Below are positions 18,401 to 27,007 of a stretch of DNA of 48,375 nucleotides, in pieces. The notes under the pieces are model-generated. The model worked only from the letters and a program-made list of their open reading frames with translations. It had not been told where the DNA came from and made no database searches. This DNA is from a virus (lineage: Duplodnaviria > Heunggongvirae > Uroviricota > Caudoviricetes), in the IMG/VR virus record IMGVR_UViG_3300038443_000660, positions 194,082-242,456 of that record. One strand, written 5' to 3'. The translations under genes were made by a program, and so were the position numbers. Position 1 is the first letter of the stretch; each line of letters opens with the position of its first letter.

Positions 18401-21400
18401 ATAAGCACTAACATAGATATGGTCCTCGCCACTAGGAGTACCAATTAACGTCGAACCGTCATCGGAAATTCCAAAATAATTCCAATATTTACCAGATGTT
18501 GTCGGCAATGAAATCCATGTACCACCGGAATCATTTGACATATAGTTGTATGTCGCACCCATACCAGCCAGTTTTGTTCCATCGGATGACATGGAAATAT
18601 CGTACCATTCTCCGTCTACTTTTGGAATGATACTCCAACTTGTTCCAGAATTGTTTGAATAATATAGTTCATTACCAAGTATAACGATAGAACTTCCGTC
18701 ATAACTTACATCAATAGTGTATGGAAATGCACTGCCTGTTGGGGAAGCGCTTGCGCTCCATGTCACACCGTAATCAGTAGACTTTAGTATATTTGTTTCG
18801 TTACCGATAGCATATATTATAGAACCGTCATAATTGGATACGATTTTTTTCCAAATATGATTGCCACCACCTACTTGGTCCGTCCAAGTTACACCGTCAT
18901 CGCTTGATGTCCACACATGATTATTGTATACACCAGCTATCAGCAAAGAACCATCGGGTGTGTAACGGATGCCATTCCATGATGCTGTGGGAGAACCTAA
19001 TTGTTCGGTCCATGTCACACCATAGTCGTTCGATGTCCAAACATGACCACCGTCCACGCCGAAAGCCACCTTTTTACCATCAGCACTAGATGTTACCGTA
19101 TTCCAAGCTGTATTAGTATCAATTAATGATGCGTTCCAAGTGTTACCATAATCGTTTGACACTTGCACCGAATCGTAACCAATAGGTGCAACGATATGTT
19201 GTCCATTTTCAGATATTGTAAAATTTGACCAATATTTTAATGGAGAATTTTCTTTTGAATTAAAGCCAAAAGTTTTATCAAATTCAGCAGTAATAGATAT
19301 TGACGAAATTGCGTTGCTAGTATCATCTTGTTCAATAGAAGTTAACGAACCGACTATAGGATTATCAGAAGTAGCTAACATTGTGTCAGAAGCTTCCGTT
19401 CTTGTGACACTCGCCTTAATCGATGATGTAGCAGTTGCTGATAGAGTATCATTAGCTTCTGTAATGTTTGCTGATGCTCTAGTATTCTTGAAGGCCGATG
19501 ATATTGAAGTATCGTTATCTTCCGAACCAATTGAAGCAGAACTTATTGCAATAGTTGCTGTAGAAGAACTTGTATCGTTAGCTTCTATATTAGAAAAAGA
19601 TGCTCTATTATTAGAGAAACCAGTTGCAGTAAATGTGTCCGAAGCTTCTGTATGAGTCGAAGAAGCTTTGATTGCTGTTGTAGCATTTGATGATACTGTA
19701 TCACCAGCTTCTGTAATATTTGCCGCCGCTCTTGTGTTTTTGAAAGCAGATGATGAAATAGTATCGTTTGATTCGATAACAGAAACCGATGCCTTGACCG
19801 GCAATGTAGTCAATGCGATTATCGTGTCGCCAGTTTCTGTGATAGTAGCATATCCATTAAGGGCTTTCAATTCGCCAGTAAATGTAACGGTATCGTTATC
19901 TTCTGTGATAGTCGCATATGCTCGATTGGTTCCAAAACCAGATGCAGAAATGGTGTCGGAATCTTCCGAAGATGTAGCAGTTGCTGAAATTCGAGCAATC
20001 GACGCCGCAGTTATAGTATCCGATTGTTCTAGAAATAGTGTCGTGTTGGTATAAACATATCCAAGCGAATACGACGATGCAATAGTTCTCAAACCATCAC
20101 CAGATACGGCTACGTCTGACCAATTAATTGTGCTTCCAAATGATTGTGATGTAAAATTATTTCCATAATCTTTAGAAACATATAGCGTGTCATTATAAAC
20201 AGCCGAAATAGCTGCACCATCATCAGATATAGATGCGTAGTTGGCAGATACGGATAAAGTCGTCCATGAGTTTCTTGCTGTAGTTGAACTATAGCAAACA
20301 TATAAATTCGCTAAATTGTCGGTAACGGTAATTATATTCCCGTCTGCCGACATTGAAAGAGATTTACAATTAACAGAACCTAGGCCGGTTATTTCGAAAA
20401 AGCTGACTCCGGAATCATATGAAATCCATAGAGAACCACCAGAAGTACCGCCAATTATAATAGAACCATCCGCTGAACATGCTACAGTAGTCCATCCCCT
20501 TAAACCGGCAGAAGTTAGAGAATTCCAAGTAACACCAGAATCTGTTGACTGCCAAATATATTGGAAATTGACTGCCGCCACGAGTTTTGTACCATCAGCA
20601 GATGAAGCGATGCTATACCATTGACGAGAGTTGCTTGTCGCCCTTGCCGTCCAAGTTAAACCAAAATCATTTGATGTATAGATAAAGTTATTATATGCAA
20701 CAGCAGCCATTTTTTGGCCGTCATCTGAACAAGTAATAGCTTGCCACGTTCGTGAACCTGATGCTGTTCGTTCTACCCAAGTCTGACCATAATCATTTGA
20801 AGTATAGATATATCCACCATTGACAACCGCCGCCTGAACAGAACCATCCAATGATGCTGTTACAGACCACCAATTTCTGGAACCTGCACTTGTTTGATTG
20901 ATTGTACTAGATACTTGGTCAGATACTGTTGCTCGAATTTGTTTGAAACCAACAGCAGAAATTGTATCACCAGCTTCTGTAATATAAGCACTTGCCAACG
21001 CTTGCTTGACAACCGTGGACGACAGGGTATCATCTTGGTCTACACCAACCATGCCCGTTGTGTAGATATATTCACTATTTACAACACCAGCAAGTTTTGT
21101 GCCATCAGAAGATGAAGCAAGTCCATTCCATTTTCTTGAACCAGCATTAACGTCTTGTGTCCATGTTACGCCAGAATCTGTAGAAGTATACAATCCTCCA
21201 ATACTCATAACAGCGGCGAGTTTTGAACCATCGGAAGATGAAGCTACATTCACCCAAGGCCCTGTAGCACTAGCCGTTTGTGCCGTCCAAGTTGCGCCAG
21301 AGTCTGTTGATGTATAGACATAACTATTATTAACTAAGGCAGCAAGTTTTGTTCCATCAGAAGATGAAGCAATGCCTCGCCAACTTCTAGAACCAGCACT

Positions 21401-22054
21401 TGTTTGTTCAGTCCAAGTTGCACCAGAGTCTGTTGACGTGTAGACGTATCCGCTTGAAACTACAGCGGCAAGTTTTGTCCCGTCAGAAGACGAAGCGATA
21501 GATATCCAGCTTCTGGCACCAGCGCTAGTTTGCTCTGTCCAAGTTGCACCAGAGTCAGCCGAAGTATAGATGTAAGTTCCCGATACTATGGCGGCGAGTT
21601 TTGTGCCGTCATCGGATGAAGCTACACCAAACCAGTTTCGTGCGCCAGAAGCCGTTCTTTGTGTCCAAGTCACACCTGAATCGGCAGATGTAAATATAAA
21701 CGAGCCTAGCGTGCCAGCAACTAATTTTGAACCATCAGCAGATGAAGCAATACCATACCAACTTCTAGCGCCAGATGATGTTCTTTGTGTCCAAGTAATA
21801 CCGGAATCTGTTGACGTAAAAACGTAGGAACTTCCGTCGATGGCAGCAAGTTTTGAACCATCGGCAGAAGATGCAATGCCCCGCCAGTTTTTTGTTCCTG
21901 TACTAGTTCTCGGCAACAGAGTAGAATACGGCTGAACCTTACCCTTGGTATGAGTTGCCATCAAGGTGTCGGAATCTTCCATAATAGAAGCTACACCCTG
22001 ATTAACAGTAGATAGCAATCTTTGAGATTCAGTTAATCCAGAAAATACCCACAT
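15422..22054 (-). CDS. Giant (2210 aa) virion fibre/adhesin with Asp-box beta-propeller blocks and ~24-aa TExxDT stalk repeats
   Basis: Many W..IASSxDGxKL...YTSxDSGxTW repeats arranged in four blocks, alternating with Ser/Thr/Ala-rich E-x-x-D-T repeats. Confidence 0.75.
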   Translation of the reverse strand: MWVFSGLTESQRLLSTVNQGVASIMEDSDTLMATHTKGKVQPYSTLLPRTSTGTKNWRGIASSADGSKLAAIDGSSYVFTSTDSGITWTQRTSSGARSWYGIASSADGSKLVAGTLGSFIFTSADSGVTWTQRTASGARNWFGVASSDDGTKLAAIVSGTYIYTSADSGATWTEQTSAGARSWISIASSSDGTKLAAVVSSGYVYTSTDSGATWTEQTSAGSRSWRGIASSSDGTKLAALVNNSYVYTSTDSGATWTAQTASATGPWVNVASSSDGSKLAAVMSIGGLYTSTDSGVTWTQDVNAGSRKWNGLASSSDGTKLAGVVNSEYIYTTGMVGVDQDDTLSSTVVKQALASAYITEAGDTISAVGFKQIRATVSDQVSSTINQTSAGSRNWWSVTASLDGSVQAAVVNGGYIYTSNDYGQTWVERTASGSRTWQAITCSDDGQKMAAVAYNNFIYTSNDFGLTWTARATSNSRQWYSIASSADGTKLVAAVNFQYIWQSTDSGVTWNSLTSAGLRGWTTVACSADGSIIIGGTSGGSLWISYDSGVSFFEITGLGSVNCKSLSMSADGNIITVTDNLANLYVCYSSTTARNSWTTLSVSANYASISDDGAAISAVYNDTLYVSKDYGNNFTSQSFGSTINWSDVAVSGDGLRTIASSYSLGYVYTNTTLFLEQSDTITAASIARISATATSSEDSDTISASGFGTNRAYATITEDNDTVTFTGELKALNGYATITETGDTIIALTTLPVKASVSVIESNDTISSSAFKNTRAAANITEAGDTVSSNATTAIKASSTHTEASDTFTATGFSNNRASFSNIEANDTSSSTATIAISSASIGSEDNDTSISSAFKNTRASANITEANDTLSATATSSIKASVTRTEASDTMLATSDNPIVGSLTSIEQDDTSNAISSISITAEFDKTFGFNSKENSPLKYWSNFTISENGQHIVAPIGYDSVQVSNDYGNTWNASLIDTNTAWNTVTSSADGKKVAFGVDGGHVWTSNDYGVTWTEQLGSPTASWNGIRYTPDGSLLIAGVYNNHVWTSSDDGVTWTDQVGGGNHIWKKIVSNYDGSIIYAIGNETNILKSTDYGVTWSASASPTGSAFPYTIDVSYDGSSIVILGNELYYSNNSGTSWSIIPKVDGEWYDISMSSDGTKLAGMGATYNYMSNDSGGTWISLPTTSGKYWNYFGISDDGSTLIGTPSGEDHIYVSAYIGIEEDDYISDSYGFSSNRASLNGIEDSDTVNFTAKLASTTQLNVTEASDTVTSTTKITIKASGSATDDDDTFSSTAVTTVHAQFNKSDSDDYISNAYGFSNNRASVNVIEINDALSGSSKVSIKSSSVNVEDSDTFVANAKNIVASAATNTEDSDTFSGASVIAVKSTAGEWLEDSDTITSTALTSLKASFNYVEDNDSTTTTSRVANSGALIKTEISDTVVFVAGTTLHGSVENVENDDSINANSTILITGKLDPTVAGSGEPSYDLVERTSSGLHEFYQMVMSKDATKQYATVYGGYLYSSTDSGETWTEQTTVGVKDWQYITTSDDGSKLAAVIYNDYVYTSTDSGATWTARTNSGIREWNAIASSADGTKLIAVVNGGYIYTSTDSGATWTEQTSAGSRSWYSVASSADGTKLVAVVYNGYIYTSTNSGATWTEHTTWNYWFDVASSTDGNNLVATGGSSIYTSNDAGTTWVAHDFFDEYNYPTFQFIACSNDCSVILTAARYDGYYMSKDFGATWESFSISTSFEHYWTGVAVSGDGLNYAVADGNSSGGYVYSTEMTSSAGTGVSEEDDILISASILVSGNFTATESNDTLVSGSFKNTRASLSVTIDDDGIVFTSLMTTAGSYVSITEENDTVNSSGKSNIAANVNIVEPHDTLGTSATSNITGSAANTELDDTLTSITRAIASGISNIAEDSDTFSSTANNPIAANVNIAEANDTTTFAVKSTTFGVSNNTDANDTVTNISKNPIVGQSFTFDMHDTVSTDSNSQISGSFSKTDDSDTSLFTAEIVVAANTNIDENNDTSSIKSTILIKAQLTTIEGNDTLSSTYVNTTRGVLNVTENSDTIISNAFNTTRAYVNITENDDTISSQSKISIGSNSVIPEGNDTLVGSYEVFNHGESVNQEDDDTIEIKFQRRVYLSLEVDEDDDNIVSEALKGIVAVVNSTDANDTLSARQVQKQTFTYDDYIGQYLNGSVIDPYTKNKKKSA

Positions 22055-22065
22055 TTTCTAAAATA

Positions 22066-22413
22066 TTATCCTACGGTTCTGATTGACCACGCAATATTTC
22101 GAGCGGTGCCAGAGACAAGTTGCATAGTCATCTCCCAACCATTTACAAGAATGAGAGAAGGCGACACCCAATTGGGCATACCTTGAGCACCAGAAAATGT
22201 AACAGAAAATAAAGGTCTTTGAGTAGACGTTGACTGAACTTTTTCATAAACGACAAATTTATATGTCTCTGTAGAAGTCAATGCACTCAAATCAAGATAG
22301 CATTGATATATCCCAACTTCGGCCTTTGATGTCAGTGTGGTCGAATTTGTCGTTAATGAATATTCAGTAGTTGAAATCGTGGCATTATTTGTATAAGCTT
22401 CATAAATTGCCAT
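22066..22413 (-). CDS. Hypothetical virion protein of the fibre locus
   Basis: Late-promoter motif upstream; Thr/Ser-rich, beta-type sequence. Confidence 0.6.
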   Translation of the reverse strand: MAIYEAYTNNATISTTEYSLTTNSTTLTSKAEVGIYQCYLDLSALTSTETYKFVVYEKVQSTSTQRPLFSVTFSGAQGMPNWVSPSLILVNGWEMTMQLVSGTARNIAWSIRTVG

Positions 22414-22487
22414 GGGTTATTGTCCCTAAGATAGTAAATGTGTATCACTACTATTTAGGGATAACGGAAATTCAAATTTCGGAAATA

Positions 22488-23339
22488 TTAATAAACACCA
22501 TATATAGAACCGTTTAGCGCTTCCTGTGTTCCAGATGCTTTTCCTCGCATCTGGAATGTAGTTCCGGCAGGAGTATCACAAAATATTGGCATGGCTGGCA
22601 TTGTTATCATGCCTGTTTCGGTTGTCGATAATGTTCTATGGATTGTATGTGAACCGGCAAGTTTATTTCCATCGACCCCTACTTGAAACAAATATCCATT
22701 TGCGGTTGATGCCGAGTCAGAACCATTAATTCCGAATTGCAAAGCACCATATCTTTGTGTTGATGTTCCAATATTAGTCCATGCGCCCCAAGCATTGCTT
22801 GAGCCGGATGTAATGTTTATTCCTCTGGAATTATCTGTAATGCCTAGACGTTCAACGTTTTGACCACACCACCACATTTCTGGCCTAGATGGATCACCAT
22901 ACAACCACATGATGACTCTACCAGTGGTTCCTAATCCGGTTCCACCATTTTTGGATGCAGAAACACCGACTGAACTTCCCGCCTTTATATAAATTGGAAA
23001 GGCATATTGGTTTGCAAAACAAGCTGTAGCAGTTAAGGTAGCAGTATATCCTACCATCAAACTATTAATTAGGTCAGACCAAGTAGTTCCACCAGTAGGG
23101 TCAGTAACAACTCTTAACGCTGCATTTGAATCAATAGAGGATGCATTATATCCGCCAGCAGTTATTACCATATAATGGACATCAAATGGCAAAGCATCAA
23201 AAAGTTTAACAACAGTACCGTTGTTATTATTTGTGCCAGCCGTTACTTGTGACCCAATTTGGTTTGTGCTACTTGGACTACCACTTTCCAGATTATCGAT
23301 GGAATTGGTAAATCCAAATGGAAAACGCATTAATGACAT
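22488..23339 (-). CDS. Hypothetical virion protein, paralogue A
   Basis: Colinear similarity with 23354..24214. Confidence 0.7.
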   Translation of the reverse strand: MSLMRFPFGFTNSIDNLESGSPSSTNQIGSQVTAGTNNNNGTVVKLFDALPFDVHYMVITAGGYNASSIDSNAALRVVTDPTGGTTWSDLINSLMVGYTATLTATACFANQYAFPIYIKAGSSVGVSASKNGGTGLGTTGRVIMWLYGDPSRPEMWWCGQNVERLGITDNSRGINITSGSSNAWGAWTNIGTSTQRYGALQFGINGSDSASTANGYLFQVGVDGNKLAGSHTIHRTLSTTETGMITMPAMPIFCDTPAGTTFQMRGKASGTQEALNGSIYGVY

Positions 23340-23353
23340 GTAAAATTTCCTAA

Positions 23354-24214
23354 TTAATAAACGCCGTAAACATTACCGTTCAACATCTGATTTGTACCAG
23401 ATGCCATTCCTCGCATCTGGAATGTAGTTCCGGCTGGTGTATCGCAAAAAATTGGTGTAGCTGGTGTTGTGACGGCACCAGTTTCAGCCGTTGTCAATGT
23501 TCTATGAATCGTATGCGACCCCGGAAGTTTATTTCCATCAACGCCGACCTGAACAAAATATCCGATAGCTGTTGCGGCAGTAGGAGTCGTGATCGGCCCA
23601 TTAACACCAAATTGGAGCGCTCCATATCTTTGTGTCGAAGTACCAATATCAGTCCACGCACCCCAAACGTTTGTATTTCCGGGTGTAAAAGAAGCGCCAG
23701 CGTCGATTGCAGTAGAATTCACTCGTTCAACTTTTTGTCCACACCACCACATATCAGGACGATTAGGATCACCATACAACCACATGACAACTCTAGGAGT
23801 TGTACCAAGAGTCGTTGAACCTCTTTTGACTGCACCTATACCAATAGATGTTCCTGCTTTTATGAACAAAGGAAATGCATATTGGGCACAAAAATTTGTA
23901 AAATAATCTAATGTTGGCGTATATCCGACTTGAAGATATGGGATAAATTCCGACCAAGAAGTTCCGCCCGTAGGGTCAATAAACACGGTAAGCGTAGCAT
24001 TAGAATCAACACCAGAAGCGTTGAAACCAGCAGCAGATATAATCACATGATGTACATCGAATGGTAATGCATCAAAAACTTTGACGATTGTTCCCATAGT
24101 TGAAGGAAAACCAGCAGTTACTTGCGTTCCGATTTGATTTGTGGCATTAGGGTTTGCCGATTCTAAGCTATCTATAGAATTATTGAATTTGAACGGCGAA
24201 AGCATCAATGACAT
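23354..24214 (-). CDS. Hypothetical virion protein, paralogue B
   Basis: Shares FDALPFDVH, MWLYGDP.RP.MWWCGQ and PIFCDTPAGTTFQMRG with 22488..23339. Confidence 0.7.
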   Translation of the reverse strand: MSLMLSPFKFNNSIDSLESANPNATNQIGTQVTAGFPSTMGTIVKVFDALPFDVHHVIISAAGFNASGVDSNATLTVFIDPTGGTSWSEFIPYLQVGYTPTLDYFTNFCAQYAFPLFIKAGTSIGIGAVKRGSTTLGTTPRVVMWLYGDPNRPDMWWCGQKVERVNSTAIDAGASFTPGNTNVWGAWTDIGTSTQRYGALQFGVNGPITTPTAATAIGYFVQVGVDGNKLPGSHTIHRTLTTAETGAVTTPATPIFCDTPAGTTFQMRGMASGTNQMLNGNVYGVY

Positions 24215-24226
24215 GTATAAAAAGAC

Positions 24227-24991
24227 CTATTTGTATTCACAGATATTTATAACATTATCATTTAACATCTTTTGCTTTTGTCTTTCTCTATATTCTCTTT
24301 GTCTTTGTGCGGCAGATTTTCCAGTCTTTGGTCTGCCATAGGTCCAATGATTTTCGCCAGTAGTATTAGGCATCTTCTTGCCTAAATGAGATTGCCTATT
24401 CTTTTCTTTCGATTCTTCGGAATGCCCGCCCTTTTTGACAATCCAGTGATTTTCGCCCTGAATCTTTTTGTTCTCTCCACCTTTACACCATCCTTCTTGA
24501 AGACCGGTTTTGCCTTTATTCCAAGATTCTTGACCGGGTAAGAATTGGGTTTCCTTACCATATTGCTTACCCAATTCAGACATATGAGATTTTCTTTTAG
24601 CCGCATATTCTGAATCTGTATCGTATTTCTCTTGGATAGAAGCAGAAATTTTTTGTCGAATATTGAGTTTATCTTTTTCTGATGCAACCCAATGATTAGC
24701 GGTCCTATGAAGATTATAATATTTTTTTCTGATTTCACTATCTTTAATCATTTGTAGATAGCGAGTCTCTTCTTCGTATAAATCTTTTCTAGAAGTATAA
24801 ATGAATTTAATTATACGTCTTTTAAAATCTTCTGGTCGTTTCCTATAAGTATCACGCATCCAATTAGATGAACAAATGTAACCATCATCAGGATATCCCC
24901 AATGACTTCCCACATAATATCTTTTACGTTTGCGGTCATACCAAATATAAATGAAACCAGATGTGCTTTTACGACTTCTTTTACTAGACAA
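24227..24991 (-). mobile_element. Free-standing GIY-YIG (Seg-like) homing endonuclease
   Basis: GFIYIW...YYVGSH, DDGYICSS, YYNL and NUMOD3-like HSEESKEKNRQSHLGK; TTG start. Confidence 0.85.
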
Positions 24992-24995
24992 TAAA

Positions 24996-25057
24996 AATAC
25001 CCTTATAAAATTGTTCTATAAGGGTATTATGTTACTATAGTATTAGCTTATAGTCAA
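24996..25057 (-). promoter_or_regulatory. Promoter plus RBS-occluding hairpin of the GIY-YIG gene
   Basis: Minus strand TTGACT-17-TAACAT, then aatacccttata...tataagggtatt immediately before the start. Confidence 0.5.
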
Positions 25058-25173
25058 GTATAAATTCAGTATTTAAAATTCTATACTTTCTAATGCTGCA
25101 CGTTCAAAATATATCTTAACGTAGTAGTTTAAGACATTCCTCTAAGTTATTGATTTTAAAGGGTTTTAGTGTC

Positions 25174-25578
25174 TTATGCATTGCCCGCATTGAGCGTAAA
25201 AACAGTGACCGTGAAAGCCTGTCCGGTAGCGAATGACGTGTTGTCAACAGTCATATCTCCACCACCACCAGTAGCGGTTACTGTACCCTGCATGTGGCAT
25301 GTACCATCAGAAGCATAAATTCTAAAGTGACCGGCTGTACCAGAAGCATCAGCCGCTGTATCCTGCCAAGTACCAGTCATTGTCTTTGAGCCGTTAGAAG
25401 CATTAGCCATCCAGTCAGTTGGCAAGCTACAGGTAGCCAAAACAGTACCCGTATTGGCTGTAGCACAAGATGCAGGAACAGCACCTGAACGAATTGTAAG
25501 AGTTGGTGCGGTGCCAATAGCAGTTTCAACAGCATCAAGTTTGGCATTACGAACCGTTACGCTATATTGTAAAGTCAT
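25174..25578 (-). CDS. Conserved virion structural protein (start at MTLQYS)
   Basis: GAGGA RBS and TAAATA late motif; RNAKLDA...GTAGHFRI...QGTV...GGDM pattern. Confidence 0.7.
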   Translation of the reverse strand: MTLQYSVTVRNAKLDAVETAIGTAPTLTIRSGAVPASCATANTGTVLATCSLPTDWMANASNGSKTMTGTWQDTAADASGTAGHFRIYASDGTCHMQGTVTATGGGGDMTVDNTSFATGQAFTVTVFTLNAGNA

Positions 25579-25665
25579 ATTTGTATTTCCTCTTGTGAAA
25601 AATGAGTTATATTTCACAAGTATTTATGCAAATTTAGACTTTACCAAGCGTATTTTCTTAAATTT

Positions 25666-25848
25666 TTATTTGGAATACTGATTCAAAAATTTCTGGGCTT
25701 CCGTCTTTCTAGTGAAGATTCGTCTGACAAACTTGTTACGATAATATCCCTCGACATAATATGATTTGTACCATTTCGAAAGAATTACACCGCCTTTTTG
25801 GTCCAGCTTTCGTCCCTTTGGAAGAAACATGTCAAAGACTCCTATCAT
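25666..25848 (-). CDS. Hypothetical small protein
   Basis: Overlaps the upstream stop; the true start may be MFLPK. Confidence 0.5.
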   Translation of the reverse strand: MIGVFDMFLPKGRKLDQKGGVILSKWYKSYYVEGYYRNKFVRRIFTRKTEAQKFLNQYSK

Positions 25849-26182
25849 CGGTAGGAAACAAGACGTGAGACATATAATGACCCACGATTAACCAATCACG
25901 AAAACCGGGAATATTTTTAGCTTCTGATTTTTCAATCGTCTTTATTTCCAGATAATCATAAAATTCTTCATCCATGCCATAGCCGAATTCATAGATGAAA
26001 CGAAAATATTGAATTTCTTTCGTTTCGGTGTTCATTACAGCTACAGGAAAATCCTTTTCTCCATATCCCTCATACTCACGATGATACGAATCGAAAAAAT
26101 CTGTAGCGGCGTCATAATGAGTTGGGCCATCATTACAGAAATCCATGAATGAGTAATTGCGATGGATAACAAATTTTGACAT
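25832..26182 (-). CDS. Hypothetical protein (start reassigned to MSKFV)
   Basis: A minus-strand TTGACA...TACTAT promoter (26250-26223) lies inside the longer called ORF. Confidence 0.6.
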   Translation of the reverse strand: MSKFVIHRNYSFMDFCNDGPTHYDAATDFFDSYHREYEGYGEKDFPVAVMNTETKEIQYFRFIYEFGYGMDEEFYDYLEIKTIEKSEAKNIPGFRDWLIVGHYMSHVLFPTDDRSL

Positions 26183-26263
26183 GTCTTTAACCCTGAAATT
26201 CACTTGACTAATACATGATTCGATAGTATACGATTTTTTAAAAATGTCAATAGGTACAATACA

Positions 26264-26575
26264 ATGAATTATCAACTTTTTATTGATGATGAACGATTTC
26301 CAGCTACAAATGGTTGGGTTATTGTCCGTTCATATAAATCCGCAATCGATTGGATTGAGCGATATGGCTTTCCATATTTTATCAGTTTCGATCATGATTT
26401 GGGATTGGATTCATTAACTGGCTACGATATCGCTAAATGGATTGTGGAATACGATTTGGACCATGACGTGATGGATGAATATTTTCAATTTTATGTTCAC
26501 AGCATGAATCCAATCGGGAAAATCAATATTGAAAAACTTCTGAATTCGTACCTAGATAAAAAATTTCAAAAATAG
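26264..26575 (+). CDS. Cyclic-phosphate-processing receiver (cREC-like) domain protein
   Basis: LFIDDER, WVIVRSY, ISFDHDLG, GYDIAKW and VHSMNPIG motifs. Confidence 0.75.
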   Translation: MNYQLFIDDERFPATNGWVIVRSYKSAIDWIERYGFPYFISFDHDLGLDSLTGYDIAKWIVEYDLDHDVMDEYFQFYVHSMNPIGKINIEKLLNSYLDKKFQK

Positions 26576-26578
26576 TGG

Positions 26579-26607
26579 TTGACAACCGATAAACGATGTT
26601 CTACATT
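26579..26607 (+). promoter_or_regulatory. Sigma70-like promoter for the interrupted tRNA
   Basis: TTGACA-17-TACATT. Confidence 0.6.
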
Positions 26608-26673
26608 ACGGTCATGGTTACGAAACAAGAAGAATTTTACGAATGCAAAGAAATCATTATGAATAAAAGATAA

Positions 26674-26894
26674 CCCGCCTTAGTTCAGTTGGTAGAACAA
26701 CAAGACTGGTAGTAAGAAAAGCAAGTAGCCCGAAAGTATATTTGGGGGTTGCAAACCTTAAATATATAAGTAGACCAAAGCGAAGTATTACGTGGAAGAT
26801 GAATGTCATAGGCAGATAGCACCTGTAATGGCTTAATCTGAAAATCCAGATGAAACCTTGTGTGTCCGTGGTTCAAATCCATGAGGCGGGACCA
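26674..26894 (+). tRNA. tRNA gene (Phe-like body) with a 145-nt insertion in the anticodon loop
   Basis: Acceptor CCCGCCT/AGGCGGG-A-CCA; D arm GTTC-AGTTGGTA-GAAC; anticodon stem ACAAG/CTTGT; variable GTGTC; T arm CGTGG-TTCAAAT-CCATG. Total length 221 nt = 76 + 145. Confidence 0.82.
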
Positions 26895-26898
26895 AAAT

Positions 26899-26936
26899 AA
26901 AATGCCTATCAAACGAAAAATTTGATAGGCATTTTT
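26899..26936 (+). terminator. Rho-independent terminator after the interrupted tRNA
   Basis: aaaatgcctatcaaa / tttgataggcatttt 15-bp inverted repeat. Confidence 0.8.
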
Positions 26937-27007
26937 GCTATTGACATATCACTAATCAGTGATATTCTATCAAACAATCGAATAATATGTTTGAACGGTG
27001 ATAAAAT

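Noticed and set aside
15825-21827. Multiple plus-strand ORFs inside the giant fibre gene
   Set aside because: Antisense shadows of a repetitive Ser/Thr/Ala-rich gene
15422-24214. Diversity-generating retroelement acting on the fibre repeats or paralogues
   Set aside because: No reverse transcriptase in the window, and the repeats are all coding with mostly synonymous differences rather than a non-coding template copy
26614-26673. 19-aa leaderless ORF in front of the interrupted tRNA
   Set aside because: Too short to support; may just be the pre-tRNA leader
26708-26852. Firm call as a canonical group I intron
   Set aside because: Too short, no convincing P3-P7 core or U.G P1 pair, and the spliced loop would have C33
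26685-26912. 75-aa minus-strand ORF
   Set aside because: Antisense to the tRNA gene, with no expression signals
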